Source of the DNA: Octopus sinensis
Lineage: Eukaryota
Direction of reading: 5' to 3'
DNA length: 64,000 bases
Assembly (NCBI RefSeq): GCF_006345805.1
Contig: NW_021835974.1
Span: forward strand, 1 to 64,000
The stretch's first letter is position 1. The number at the start of each line of letters is the position of its first letter. The notes beneath the pieces are model-generated. The model did not search any database. It had not been told where the DNA came from and saw nothing but the letters and a program-made list of their open reading frames with translations. Below, piece by piece: positions 48,535 to 64,000 of this stretch. A program made the position numbers and the translations under genes.

Positions 48535-49056
48535 CACATACATATATACATACATCTTAGGGTTCAGAAAAATTGCTTCATCACATACCGAATTTTAGAA
48601 ATAGCAGTTAAATACTATTCTACTACCATAAGATATCTCCCAGACAGCTGTCTGTTGATTGAGTGTTAACCAACACAGACACAAGCGAAATTTTCCGGAT
48701 AAAGAACTGTATTCACACGAATTTAATGAACGTCAATATGTATGTATGTATACATGTTTGTATGTACATATGTATGCATCTACATCTGTTTGTATGTGTG
48801 TATGTATGTATATATGTATATATATATATATATATATATTATGTATGTATGTATGTATGTATGTATGTATGTATGTATGTATGTATGTATGTATGTATGT
48901 TTGTACATGTATCTATGTAAGTATATACTTATATAAGCATTCACCATGATAAATCGCTAGCCACTATACATTCTTTATTTTTTCTCCTTGTTTCTTTCTG
49001 TATTCCCTTCTGTGGAAGAGCGTAGGCTCGAAACGTTAAAGCCTTTTTCACTTATG

Positions 49057-49525
49057 TCATTGTTTAGTTTTATTTGAAGATTTCTTGCCAAAAGAGAAAG
49101 TGTCGGTTTCTAACGTAGATTCAAGGCTCCTTCATTGTAATTTCAACATCAACAGCAAAGCATTTTTATCTGTATATATGTATGTATATGTGTAGATTTT
49201 TATGTTTCGCTTTATGTATGTCTTCTCATGCATATACTTGCATATCTAGACATGCTCATATATACTTAAATGTTAAACGTCTGGAAAGTTTTACAGATTT
49301 TTACAGTTCCAGTGATAGATTGGATCTGTAGTCTTCGAATTAACTTTCTCCTTTCTGGTTTTGATAAGCCTAATTTCTCAAAATTTGTATTTAGGCAGTG
49401 TGTTACATATCCAAAGGGGCCCTGATAATTACAGGTATAAACCTGAACTTGTAACCTGGATAGAGTAACTGTAGATTTCTCAATAGTTCAGCATAGATGC
49501 TATCTTTTTCACTGATCTTCAGCTA
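49057..49525 (-). mobile_element. R4-clade LINE 3' fragment, same family as 32013-32950
   Basis: Collinear with 32013-32470; same TATG|TCATTG junction. Confidence 0.85.
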
Positions 49526-49747
49526 TTAGCATATGTGTGTATCTGTATGTGTTTGTCCCCCACTCCCACCACCACCACCAATTGACAACCTGTGTTGGTT
49601 TGTTCACAGACCGTAACTTAGCGGTTTCAGCAAAACTGAGCGATAAAATATGTACCAAACTTCGAAAATCAAGTACTGAGGTTACCGGGGTCGATTTTTC
49701 CGAACAACTGATACAAATAAAAAGATATATGTATGCATGTATGTGTA

Positions 49748-49845
<98 letters not shown>

Positions 49846-50202
49846 GTTAATCCAAGAAAGCACCAAAAACAAGAAAGCACAAAAAAACACAAGAAAGCAC
49901 AAGCAAGAAAGCACAAAAAAACACAACAACGCGAGGACGTGGAACAAATATAGTATTATTGGACGCTCAGGAAAGAAGGAAAGAAGGAGGGTTTAACGTT
50001 TCGAGCGGAGCTCTTCGTCGGAACATAAGAGAAGGAAAGATCCAGAGAAGGGAAGACAGAGGAAAAAAATCGCCAACGGTACACACGCGGTCACATTTTG
50101 TATATATATATATATTAAATATGTATATATATATATATATAATATATATTTGCATACATGTATATATACATACATATATGCATATATATATATATATATA
50201 TA

Positions 50203-50246
<44 letters not shown>

Positions 50247-50705
50247 TGCGTATGTATATAAAGAGACACATGCATATATGTTTACTGTCACCAACAGTAA
50301 ACAACATGAAATAGGAAAGCAAATGAGTTCAATACGCAAACAACGAGAGAAAAAAAATGGAAGACGGGACAAGTTACACAAAGAGCAACCTGTCATCAGT
50401 TGTCGACTGTCTATCTACTCCTCATTTCGAGCATTGTACGACAAAATGAGTCTTCGAAGCCAGCTATTCCCATAAATACCAAGATAATATTTTGGATTTA
50501 TGGAGGGTCAAAATTGGGAACAAAATAAGGACAGTGGAGACATACAAGGAAACCGAACGAAAACACAAGAAAGGTCGTTAGACCAGACCGAGGGTGAAAT
50601 TTGTTCGAGTAAAGGCGGTGCTCCAGCATGAACGCAGTCAAAATGACTGAGACAAGAAAAAGAGATAAAAGAAATAAAATAAATATGTATATATATATAT
50701 ATATA

Positions 50706-51109
50706 TGGCGCAGGAGTGGCTGTGTGGTAAGTAGCTTGTTTACCAACCACATGGTTCCGGGTTCAGTCCCACTGCGTGGCACCTTGGGTAAGTGTCTTCT
50801 ACTATAGCCTTGGGCCGACCAAAGTATTGTGAGTGGATTTGGTAGACGGAGACTGAAAGAAGCCTGTCGTATATATGTATATATATATGTATGTGCGTGT
50901 ATGTTTGTGTGTCTGTGTTTGTCCCCCTAGCATTGCTTGACAACTGATGCTGGTGTGTTTATGTCCCCGTTACTTAGCGGTTCGGCAAAAGAGACCGATA
51001 GAATAAGTACTGGGCTTACAAAGAATAAGTCCCTGGGTCGAGTTTCTCGATTAAAGGCGGTGCACCAGCATGGCCGCAGTCAAAATGACTGAAACAAGTA
51101 AAAAGAGAA
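50706..51109 (+). mobile_element. CORE-type SINE (family B), full length
   Basis: tRNA head GGCGCAGGAGTGGCTGTGTGG...GGGTTCAGTCCC, CORE-like GGCACCTTGGGTAAGTGTCTTCTACTATAGCC, AAAAGAG tail. Confidence 0.85.
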
Positions 51110-51899
51110 AAAGAGATATATATATAATATACATACATACATAGATAATTATATATTTTTATGTGTATGATTGTATCATATCGGCCATATTGCAACTAGA
51201 AATGTTTCTTCTTTCGTTCTTTCACATTTCGTTTTTCTTGACAAGATTTCACAAGAGTTTATTGCTGAAGATGATAGACAAGTCACACAGTCGCACAGAC
51301 AAACAGACAGAGATAAACAAGCAATAAAAATATAAAAACAGCAGTATCAACAACTGTAATGTACTAAGACAACAACAGCAACATCAACAATAAATAGCAA
51401 TTTACAATTCATATATAATAAACTTTGTAACAAAAACTTTCGTAATCATTTTTTTCTCTTTCTATATTTATTAGCTTCATGTTGTTTAATTGACTAGTTT
51501 TATATAATAAATAAAGAAAATGGTCTGATTTTATATCTGCGGCATTGGCATTCTGTCCTTTATTCTATCTTATATTTTTGAAATTTTTGGTAATTTTCTT
51601 TCTTTTTTTTATTTTGGTTTCGTTCGTGTTATTTTTTTTTTGTGTGTGTGTGTTTTTTTTATTTGATGTTTTCTGTCGTATGATATTTTTCCTTTCATTT
51701 TTTTTTGTTTTTGTTTTTTTTTTGTCCTTTCCTTCTTTATTTTGTTGTCTGTTGTGATATATCTTGTATGAATGTGTCTAAGTCCTTTCACTTCGGTTTC
51801 GCGCAACCACCCACCCACCCACCACACCCCGTTCTACTTCACCTCAATGCTTTCTGTCCAGTGTATACCTACCCACCCCTATCCCTTTACTTTGTTGTT

Positions 51900-55150
<3,251 letters not shown>

Positions 55151-55463
55151 TAAAAGCGATCGAAGTTACTTCCCGACCCATAGACTCATAAGGCCAGTTT
55201 CCCGTAAGATCACCCATTCTTGCTAATTCTGCCTATCATTCTTCGGGAACGATAAAACAGGTACCCGTTGAGCACTGGGGTCGATATATTCCATTTATAC
55301 CCCTTTCCTCGAATTTGCCAAAGTTTGAAATCATGATTATTATTATCATTGCTGAATGATTGACACCAGGGTACAGATATACGAAGCCCAATATACCCAT
55401 CATGACTACCCGTCTGTTACGGATTCATCAGGCACATGCATCACAACCATATGTACGCAACGT

Positions 55464-55679
55464 ACGGCGAGCTGGCAGACTCGTTAGCACGCCGGGCGAA
55501 ATGCGTAGCCGTATTTCGTCTGCCGTTACGTTCTGAGTTCAAATTCCGCCGAGGTCGTCTTTGCCTTTCATCCTTTCGGGGTCGATAAATTAAGTACCAG
55601 TTAGGCCCTGGGGTCGATGTAATCGACATAATCCGTTTGTCCCCTCTGTGTTTAGCCCCTTGTGGGCAGTAGTGAAATA
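55464..55679 (+). mobile_element. Family A SINE with 16-bp TSD, nested in the 55365-56020 repeat
   Basis: CATATGTACGCAACGT at 55448-55463 and 55680-55695. Confidence 0.9.
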
Positions 55680-56049
55680 CATATGTACGCAACGTGGTGA
55701 CCTCATATTAAGGTAAACAGTGCATAACCTTGCAAGTGAGGGCCCAGTTAGAATTTTCTTGAAGTCGAGTAGCCCATCTTGCTCAAAAGGTCCCTGATTA
55801 AGTTTTGCTTAAAGATGACGAACGAAATACTCATGTTTCCAGAGGTGAATTATTCAAATCCCAAAGAATTCCTCTCAGTACATGGCTACGATCATTTCCC
55901 CGCTACTCCTGCTCGTGATCAGAGATGTATATATTGTCAGCCATTAAGAGGCATGTTCAACTGGTTAAGGTCAAATAACTGACAAGCAAATCTGTGGTAT
56001 TAAGTAGAATATTTGCTTATTAGTATTGATACTTGTACGTACTGTCACT

Positions 56050-57965
56050 CGAGTCACTGCTGCTGAAATTGGAATAGCTAAGGGGCATCCCTTTCGAACT
56101 GGGACAAGGAAGGGCAGTGTCGATATATGCGGACGACCTCACCGTCATGGTATCGCACGCCTCCAAATTGGAGATGGTCGGCACCATCCTAAAGGAATAT
56201 AAGTCGGTTGCAGGAACTAAAATCAACGTTGACAAACCGGTGGGTTTACGGTTGGGGTCCTGGAGATGCAGGACGATGCCATCGGGCGGCGTCGTAGGAC
56301 ACTGGACCGACGGGGCAGTTAGACTTTTCGGGGTCTGGTTAGGTCCCGACCTCCAGGTTGATAATAACTGGGACGAGGTGGCGAACAAGTTGGCCAGTCT
56401 TACTGAGAAATGAGCAATGCTTACATCGCCTCCGTTATCATTTATCGCTTGACCGTCGTGCCTTGTCCCAGTTACTACTTGACCAGGTAGGAGCGTCCCT
56501 TATTTAAATTCTTGAGGAAGAGACACGTTCAAATGGTCAGGCGGTCAGTCTGTTGCCAGCATCCTCTGAGTGGCGGATTAGGTATGCCGTGGTTCCTAAT
56601 GTGCAGCTACGCTCTTAGGTTACGCCACCTGCAACGATTTCTGGACGGTGAGCGTGTGTAGCTCAGTTTGAGAGGATCGTCTTTCCGCAGTTCGTCTCCT
56701 TGACGGAGCTGCAGTCCTTGGTGAAGAAAAGACCGGGACTGGGCGCCTGGCACCTAGAATGTCATCAGGCGCTTACAGACCTTTACCAGTCGGGAAATTG
56801 GATCGGTGGATGTTCCGCTTCAGAAATTTATAGAGGATTAGTGACGGGGAAGTGCGATGACGTCCTCGGGGAAGCTCTGGGCACCGACGAGAACGAACTG
56901 GCTAGTCTGTTCCGGAGAACTTTCTGGTCGGAAACTATCATGGATAATTTCTAGATATCATTTCTAGATACCGGGATAGGGGCGCTACCGGTTCGAGATA
57001 ACTCTACAGGCACGGACAGGTTGTCAGACGGGCTTGTCTGACGTACGCGCAGAGTGACGAAACCGTTCTGCAAGCCCTCGTTCAGTGTCCGGGCATTGCT
57101 AACTTATGGGTTTAGGTCGAACAGCTTTTGTCACGTTTGGCATGGATCCGTCTGTCGGCCGAGTCTGTAGTGATATTTCTTTATTACCCACAAGGGGCTA
57201 AACATAGAGGGGACAAACAAGGACAGATATAGGCACTAAGTCGATTACATCGACCCCAGTGCGTAACTGGTACTTAATTTATCGACCCCGAAAGGATGAA
57301 AGGCAAAGTCGACCTCGGCGGAATTTGAACTCACAACGTAACAGCAGCCGAAATACCGCTAAGCATTTCGCCCGATCGTACCGCCACCTTCCTTCAATCG
57401 GTCAGGCAAGGCAGTTTTCCTTTGCTTGGTAGCTGTGGTGAAAGAGGTTGTTTGATGGACAAGGCTGAAAGGTACGAGGACATATACATTCCCCTTTGGT
57501 AGAGCTCTCATTGACTTCTTCAAGTTTCACTTGAAAAAGGAAATTGAGAGGGAAGTGCTGTCCTCGAATGAGTTTACTGAAAGGTGGGGGAAAGTTGCGA
57601 AAATGGCAGGAGTGGATTGTATCTCTCTAAGTATAGACCTGTAAGTCGCAGAGAAGGAATTGGAGAGCACATTTGCTCTTGGGATTTCAGGGAAATCTCA
57701 GATAGTGGTGCTCCTCGATTATCCCCAGAGGCCTTCCTGATACAGGAAGGCCACATCTCTATCATCTTCCCCGCCACTTTTTTTAACCTTTCTATGCTAT
57801 GCACATGTCCCTTCTTTTTCAATGTAATGTATACCGTGTGTATACTTAATTTCTTTCTTTTTTATCATTTCATTATTATATATAAACCCCCACACTTTAT
57901 GCTTGTCTTTGTATTGTCCCCATCATCCTTCTCCCTTGTGGCAAATAAATGAAATTATTATTATC
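56050..57965 (+). mobile_element. L1/Tx1-clade LINE, 5'-truncated and decayed, interrupted by a SINE
   Basis: YADDLTV RT motif and downstream thumb region (56117-56413), GALPVRD...ETVLQALVQCP zinc-finger remnant near 56980-57100, 3' UTR ending AATAAATGAA(ATT)n. Confidence 0.8.
57176..57375 (-). mobile_element. Family A SINE inserted in the Tx1 LINE
   Basis: Core and tail motifs on the minus strand. Confidence 0.85.
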
Positions 57966-57969
57966 ATTG

Positions 57970-58001
<32 letters not shown>

Positions 58002-59314
58002 GGTGGTGGTGGTGGATGGCGGCGGCGGCGGTGGTGGTGCTGGTGGTGGTTTTGGTGGTTGTGGTGGTGGTGGTGGTGGTGGTGGTGGTGGTGGTGGTGG
58101 TGGTGGTGGTGGTGTTAGTACTGTTATCGACAAAGTGCTTTGCAACATTTCTTCCAGCTGAAACCTCTCGTTTCCTAATCAATAAACGTCACGTGACCTT
58201 CTTACTAAGTCACAAAATCAATATTTTCATCAACATTGCGTTTCAGTTAGTTTCACTTTCAATTGTCATCGGGTTTTCTCACTCTTTGATGTCTGAACGT
58301 AATATTTCGTAATAGATACCTTTACTTATAAACTGAAGGTAACTACGCTCTTATGCGGCGTGTCACAGTCAAGCTACGAACTTACAAGTCTCACTACCTC
58401 TCGCCTATGCTGTTTTATAGAGAGAGAGTATCGGATTACTTTTATAGGTCGTAAATAAACAAGGCGCTTCGCATTGTTTTAGATTTCGGATAATGCCACC
58501 CCGCTGGCTAGTCGAACAGGCCCACAGTTCCCTCTGATCGGAAAGCTATTCCGTCGCCGGGTTATCCATTTATAGCTGAATGGAGTGGAGCGGAGTGAAA
58601 TGAAGTGTTATACTCAAGAATACAACGCGCCACCCGGTCTGGGAATCGAACCCACGATCGAGCGATCGTAAGCGTAACATCCTAATCACTAGGCTACGCA
58701 CCTTCACACACACACTCACACACACACACACTCACACACACACACACGCACGCACTTTCTTCTTAACAAAATACGAAATTGCAATATTTTCACTTATTTC
58801 AATGCCATGATTAGCGAAACGTGAAACCGGTCGACTATCACTATTTTATTCATTAAAGTATATTAAAAATATGTAAATTATGTGCATTTTCCTTCTTTTA
58901 TTAATATATATATATATGCACACACACACACAATATAAATAGCAATTTATGTATGTCTGTCTGTTACCATCTTAGTGCCTAAACCACCGAATCAATATTC
59001 ACGAAACTTTGCAAACATGTTACACTAACATCCAGTTAAATAATAGCTTAATTAGATTTCAATAAAAATCTATAATGTTCTTCCAGGAGCCTTCGGCGAA
59101 TTATATGATAAAATGAGGAGGTTGCGAAAAATATGTTTGACGGAAAAGTAGTAGCAGAGAGAGGGTGACTTATATCAGTGAAGGCGAGAACAGCGGCAGC
59201 AAAAGGATAGTAACGTTAATACAGCTGCCATTTACATGCAACGCTACATGGATACTTTCGTAAATAGATAGATACAACACACAGACATACACACACACAC
59301 ACACACACTCTCTC

Positions 59315-59365
<51 letters not shown>

Positions 59366-60389
59366 AGAAAGGTAGTGTAAGGAATATGTAACATTAAGTA
59401 GAGAGAGAGTAGGTGGCTTTTCTGCTGTCCATCGCAAAGAAACACACACAAAGAGACATGTACACACATACATACATATATATATATACATACGTATGTA
59501 CATATATACATACATACGTATGTCTACTTTACACCCTTTTAAACTCATAATTGCCTCTGTGTTGCTGTTTGTTTCTTTTCGAGCCATGCCTGGCTCATAA
59601 CAGCCGGTTTCCCGGTTTCATTCGCGTATAGGCTCTCCACCTGAACAGGACACCGGTCCGTCGCAGTTACCTGTGTGTACGTTTGTAAATAAATGTGAGT
59701 GTTTGTTTGTGCGAGTGTGTGTATATGTGTGTATGAGTGTGTGTCACATCCTAATACTGTCTGTCTCTCTACTTTTATAGGGTCTTCTCTGTTGCTGTAA
59801 CACATTGTGAAATTTTAAAATTTCCTCAAAATATTTAAAATTTGGTATACTGAAAAAACTTCCCACGTTGAATCCGATTTTGTTATTTAATTGTTCCAGA
59901 AAAATATTACTACGGTTTAAAGTTTAATCAAGTTTACCTAATCAGAAGACAGGATTTGGAAGCTGGCATTTTCTGCATGATAGTTGCATGATAGCTGGCA
60001 TTTTCTGCATGACAGCTGTTTATCATAACATGAAAGCAAAGGAGGAAGAATTTTTATTGTACAAACGAAAGCAAAGCATTACGACGACCAAAGTTGTAAG
60101 AACTTCTGAAGTTTTAATGAAAAAACTCATGTGAAACGGTCGAACAGACATGTAAATAATTTAAAAAGGAAAAAGATCCTCAACGAAAATTTTGGCGAAA
60201 AGTTGCACAAATCTGTTCTGATCAAGAAGCCTATCTGTCGGAGAAGGCATGCTCTGACATGGAACAAATAAAAATTTGTTGTATAAATTGGCTGGCAACG
60301 ACGCCCTATTCAGCTAGTGTGTATATATACATATATGTATATAATATATATATATATTATATATATATATATATATAGAGAGGAGAGAG

Positions 60390-60433
<44 letters not shown>

Positions 60434-60509
60434 TAGATGATAGATAGATAGATAGATAGATGGATGGATGGATGGAGGGATAGATAGATAGATAGATCGA
60501 TAGATAGAT

Positions 60510-60578
<69 letters not shown>

Positions 60579-60984
60579 TCTGTATATCTTACTTAACGTA
60601 GGTATTCTATTGAAAGCCACAAATCTGCATTATTCATCTTGAGAAAGGTTCTGGTAGAGAGAAATTGAGCTAAAACGCACAGAAATGTATGAGTAGTTGA
60701 CGAAAAGCATCCAAATGGTAGCAGAATTGCTAAATCATGAATTTCTGAGTCTTTGCATGTCATCAGTGTAACTTTTCCGCTATCAATTGCATGCTTGGAC
60801 AATTTTAATCTCAACTGCAATTCAAAAGCGTTAATTGGTGATCACGTGCAAATCATGATTTGACAATTCCACCAGCGATACCGGACGTTTTTCATCTACT
60901 GCTGATATACTTGTGTGTCTTTTAGCACTATACGTGTGTTCGACAAGCTCTTTCATGACCAATACTGCAAATTTTCTTACAAGA

Positions 60985-61150
60985 ACAGCAATTTTGGGAG
61001 AGGGGACGAGACCGTAACATCGACCCCAGTGCTCAAATGGTACTTATTTTATCCACTCAAAAAGGATGAAACGCAAAGTTGATCTCGGCGGAATTTAAAG
61101 TCAGAACGTAAAGACGGATGAAATGCTGCTAAGCATTTTGACCGACGTTC
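60985..61150 (-). mobile_element. Family A-headed SINE, diverged
   Basis: Core motif on the minus strand. Confidence 0.65.
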
Positions 61151-61257
61151 TAAAAGTTCTTCCAGCGCGTGCGTGGTGTCTGTGTGTGTGGGTGTGTATG
61201 CCTCCATGTATGTGTGTAAGTATGTAGGTTGATAGATAGATAGATAGATAGATAGAT

Positions 61258-61310
<53 letters not shown>

Positions 61311-62109
61311 AAGAAAGATAGATGGTGAACAAGCAGAAAAAACAGAAAGTAGCACTCAACACATTTGGTGTATATATATTTAATAACAGTTTCACTTAGT
61401 TACACATTACATAATGATTCGTGTATGAATGTATATATATATGTGTGTGTATGTATATATATATATTTATCTGTCTATATATATATATGTACGTATGTAT
61501 GTAATGTATGTATGTATGTATGTATGTATGTATGTATGTATGTATGTATGTATGTATGTATAGGGGCAATTATGCGGATAAACAAATTAAATGTATTAAG
61601 TATAATATAATATGTTTGGGTATGAAACACAAAATATGTATTTATGTATACATGAAAAGCGAAAAAAAAAGCAAAAGATGAAGACTTTCAGACGATGAAT
61701 ATTTAAGTACAAATATATACATATTTATATTAATAGGTCCAACATACACAGAGTACAAACGAGAGAGAAAATTAAAGGGTTGAAAGACAGCTGTTATAAA
61801 TCCAACAGCTGTTTCTGAGAGCTTGGAGATCCATGATAGTGCATTTAATATCTGGGTAACAACCTCGTAATATGCATTCAAAAGCTCCTAAGGCTTTCCA
61901 TTTTATCTCGTAACTATATACTGCGTGCATTAAATAATATTTATCTCTCACAGATGAATACTTTTTTTGTTGATCTTACCTTAACGAAAAAAGTAAACTA
62001 TATACCTTCAGCGCGTGGTTTTCTACTGCAAATCTATAATCTACATGTTTGTCGTGATAGCTACATTAAGTTGAGTAACTCCAAAGATTCTACCAATTTG
62101 CACACTATT

Positions 62110-63085
62110 ATGGATTTATACCACATGGATTATTCTGCTAAGAACATACATACACGACCGAATAGCCTAAACCTCAAGAAGCTTCTCAAGAAAGTTGAAG
62201 ACCTCATGTGACGGTCGAGATGAAAGGCCTTTTTTTGATACTCCGCTACCACTCACTGCTTCAGAATATTATGATTTAGAGACACGTAAATACCTACCCA
62301 GGATAAAAGTTCTGCCCTTTTGAGGCAGAACTTTATTTAGTTAGCAATATTAGATTCCGTAAGTACTATAACCCTTTTCAAGCCAAACTAAAATCTGATA
62401 TTAGAAACTTTAGAAGCTCTAAAAGAAGTTCGTTGTTTCTGATGAGACCAGCTACCTATACGAAGTCACTAATGATCTATTTGATAAGTTGCTGAATGCC
62501 ACTATTTCACCTATTTATAAAAAAACTAACATAGATATAATGATTTAACCATGAGGCTAAATTCCTCTCTGAGCGTAGTTAAATTAATGATAGATTACAA
62601 TGCTTAGCAAAAAGGGAAGCTTTCATAACTCTAAAGGATCACAAGCCTAATTTCAGTTATAAACCCACTTGTTGATTGTTAAACCTATCGAGGACTAAAA
62701 TCGAGTAAGTAGCCAAAAAATACTAAGGAATATTAGCATCAGAATCAGAAAGACCACAATACTACAGTAATTGGATGATAACTACATTGTAATAGAGTGG
62801 TTTAAAAATTTAAAGGATAATCACAGGGCCAGATTTACACAGTTTGATATTAATGATTTTTATCCCTCAGTATCGAGATCGCTGCTTGATAAGGCAACTG
62901 AATTCGTGAAAACATATTTTCATAGAAGCCACATAGATCTAGACTTTATCATGCATGCGAAAAAAACAATTTCATTTAGTAAGAGCTCAGCAGGGGTTAA
63001 AAAATCCGATATAGATGAATTGTTCGATGTATCGATGGGATCGTATTACAGAGCTAGCATCTGCGATCTTGTAGATTTCTAAATA
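62110..63085 (+). pseudogene. Penelope-like element reverse transcriptase, decayed and 3'-truncated
   Basis: Across frames: DYSAKNI...[32 protein letters not shown]...IMHAKKTISF...LFDVSMGSYYRASICDLV, resembling the PLE RT N-terminal and palm motifs. Confidence 0.8.
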
Positions 63086-63679
63086 TTAAATACACTGCTT
63101 TATATTAAATATTCATGCTTATGTATGTATGTAGGTAGGTAGGTAAGTAGGAAGGTAGGTAGGTAGGTAGGTAGGTAGGTAGGTAGGTAGGTAGGTAGGT
63201 AGGTATGTAGGTAGGCAGGTAGGTAGGTAGGTAGGTAGGTAGGTAGGTAGGTAGGTAGGTAGGTAGGGAGGTAGGGAGGTATGCTGGGTTTTCGTCGATT
63301 AACGATGATGATTCACTTGTTCGATCACTTCAATTAGCTGCGTATACCACAGATATATGTATCCTTTAACATAATTCTCTAGCAGAGTTAAAGTGACACA
63401 GTATGGAACAAGGCTATCTTCATCTTCTCTAGGTGTCATGTCCTGAATGCTACAATTTTTGGGGGGGTTTTATTTTGTTTTCTGTAACAGTTCCACTTCC
63501 TGATGTTTATTACTTCTTTCTTCCAACCAACCCATCAACCTAGACATCCAAAAGCCGTCCAAGAATTCGGACCTGGAGATCTCCATTTTCAGCGACTTCG
63601 AGGGCCACCTCCCAGTGGTGTGGAGCGTCAACGAAGAGCCCTCGACTACAACAAGACGACCAAAGGTTTTTTCCAAGGT

Positions 63680-64000
63680 CTGGGGTCCCCCCCCCCAAGC
63701 CCTAGACCATCACCTAGTCATCCTTACCCATCTTGTTGCTTAACAACAACAACAAGACATCCATATCATCCTTCTTCTTCCTCTGCTTCTTCTCCCTTCA
63801 ATCTTTCCAGTCATTGATAAGTTCTCCAGGCCTTCTTTCCTCATCACATGACCAAGAAATCTTAGTTACTTGGCCTTTATCTCACGAAACAGTTTCCTAT
63901 TTACTGTAACCCAGGTCATCACTTCTTCGTTAGACACTTTGTTTGTCCATGTTATTCTCAATATTCTCCTTAAAAACCACTTTTCACTGGTCTCCAAACA
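63680..64000 (-). mobile_element. RTE-clade LINE 3' coding fragment
   Basis: Minus strand EKWFLRRILRITWTNKVSNEEVMT...LRFLGHVMRKEGLENLSMTG...RRSRGRRR. Confidence 0.8.

Noticed and set aside
57574-57952. ORFs 57574-57822 and 57584-57952 as host genes
   Set aside because: They lie within the Tx1 LINE 3' region.
61642-61881. Hydrophobic minus ORF resembling a membrane receptor fragment
   Set aside because: TTG start just after a stop, no diagnostic motif, no convincing splice signals.

Overview
Eukaryotic, AT-rich, repeat-saturated genomic DNA. The SINE families and microsatellite load look like an octopus (coleoid cephalopod) genome; this is recognition, not a search result. There are no prokaryotic genes and no CRISPR array. 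Nearly all ORFs in the supplied track are translations of microsatellites. Supported content: a nearly intact DD34D mariner (1702-2993), a decayed DD37D maT element (42777-44188), fragments of Tx1/L1, CR1, RTE and R4/Dong-clade LINEs, a Penelope-like RT pseudogene (about 62110-63085), two abundant tRNA-derived SINE families, a Helentron-associated (DINE-1-like) element, a 5S rRNA 3' fragment and several fold-back elements. The most notable structure is a set of type I hammerhead ribozyme motifs. Two lie 457 nt apart inside 194-bp direct repeats (retrozyme or Penelope pLTR architecture, 47384-48035), one has a 52-nt stem II insert (40661-40748), one has a compensatory U3-A8 core (44736-44780), and others are at 15651, 17489, 49006 and 49991. 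Also notable: a 144-nt hairpin whose only mismatches are three symmetric tandem G.A pairs (25508-25651), and 3'-tail similarity between the main SINE and the Tx1 LINE. Host-gene evidence is limited to a few weak plus-strand exon candidates.
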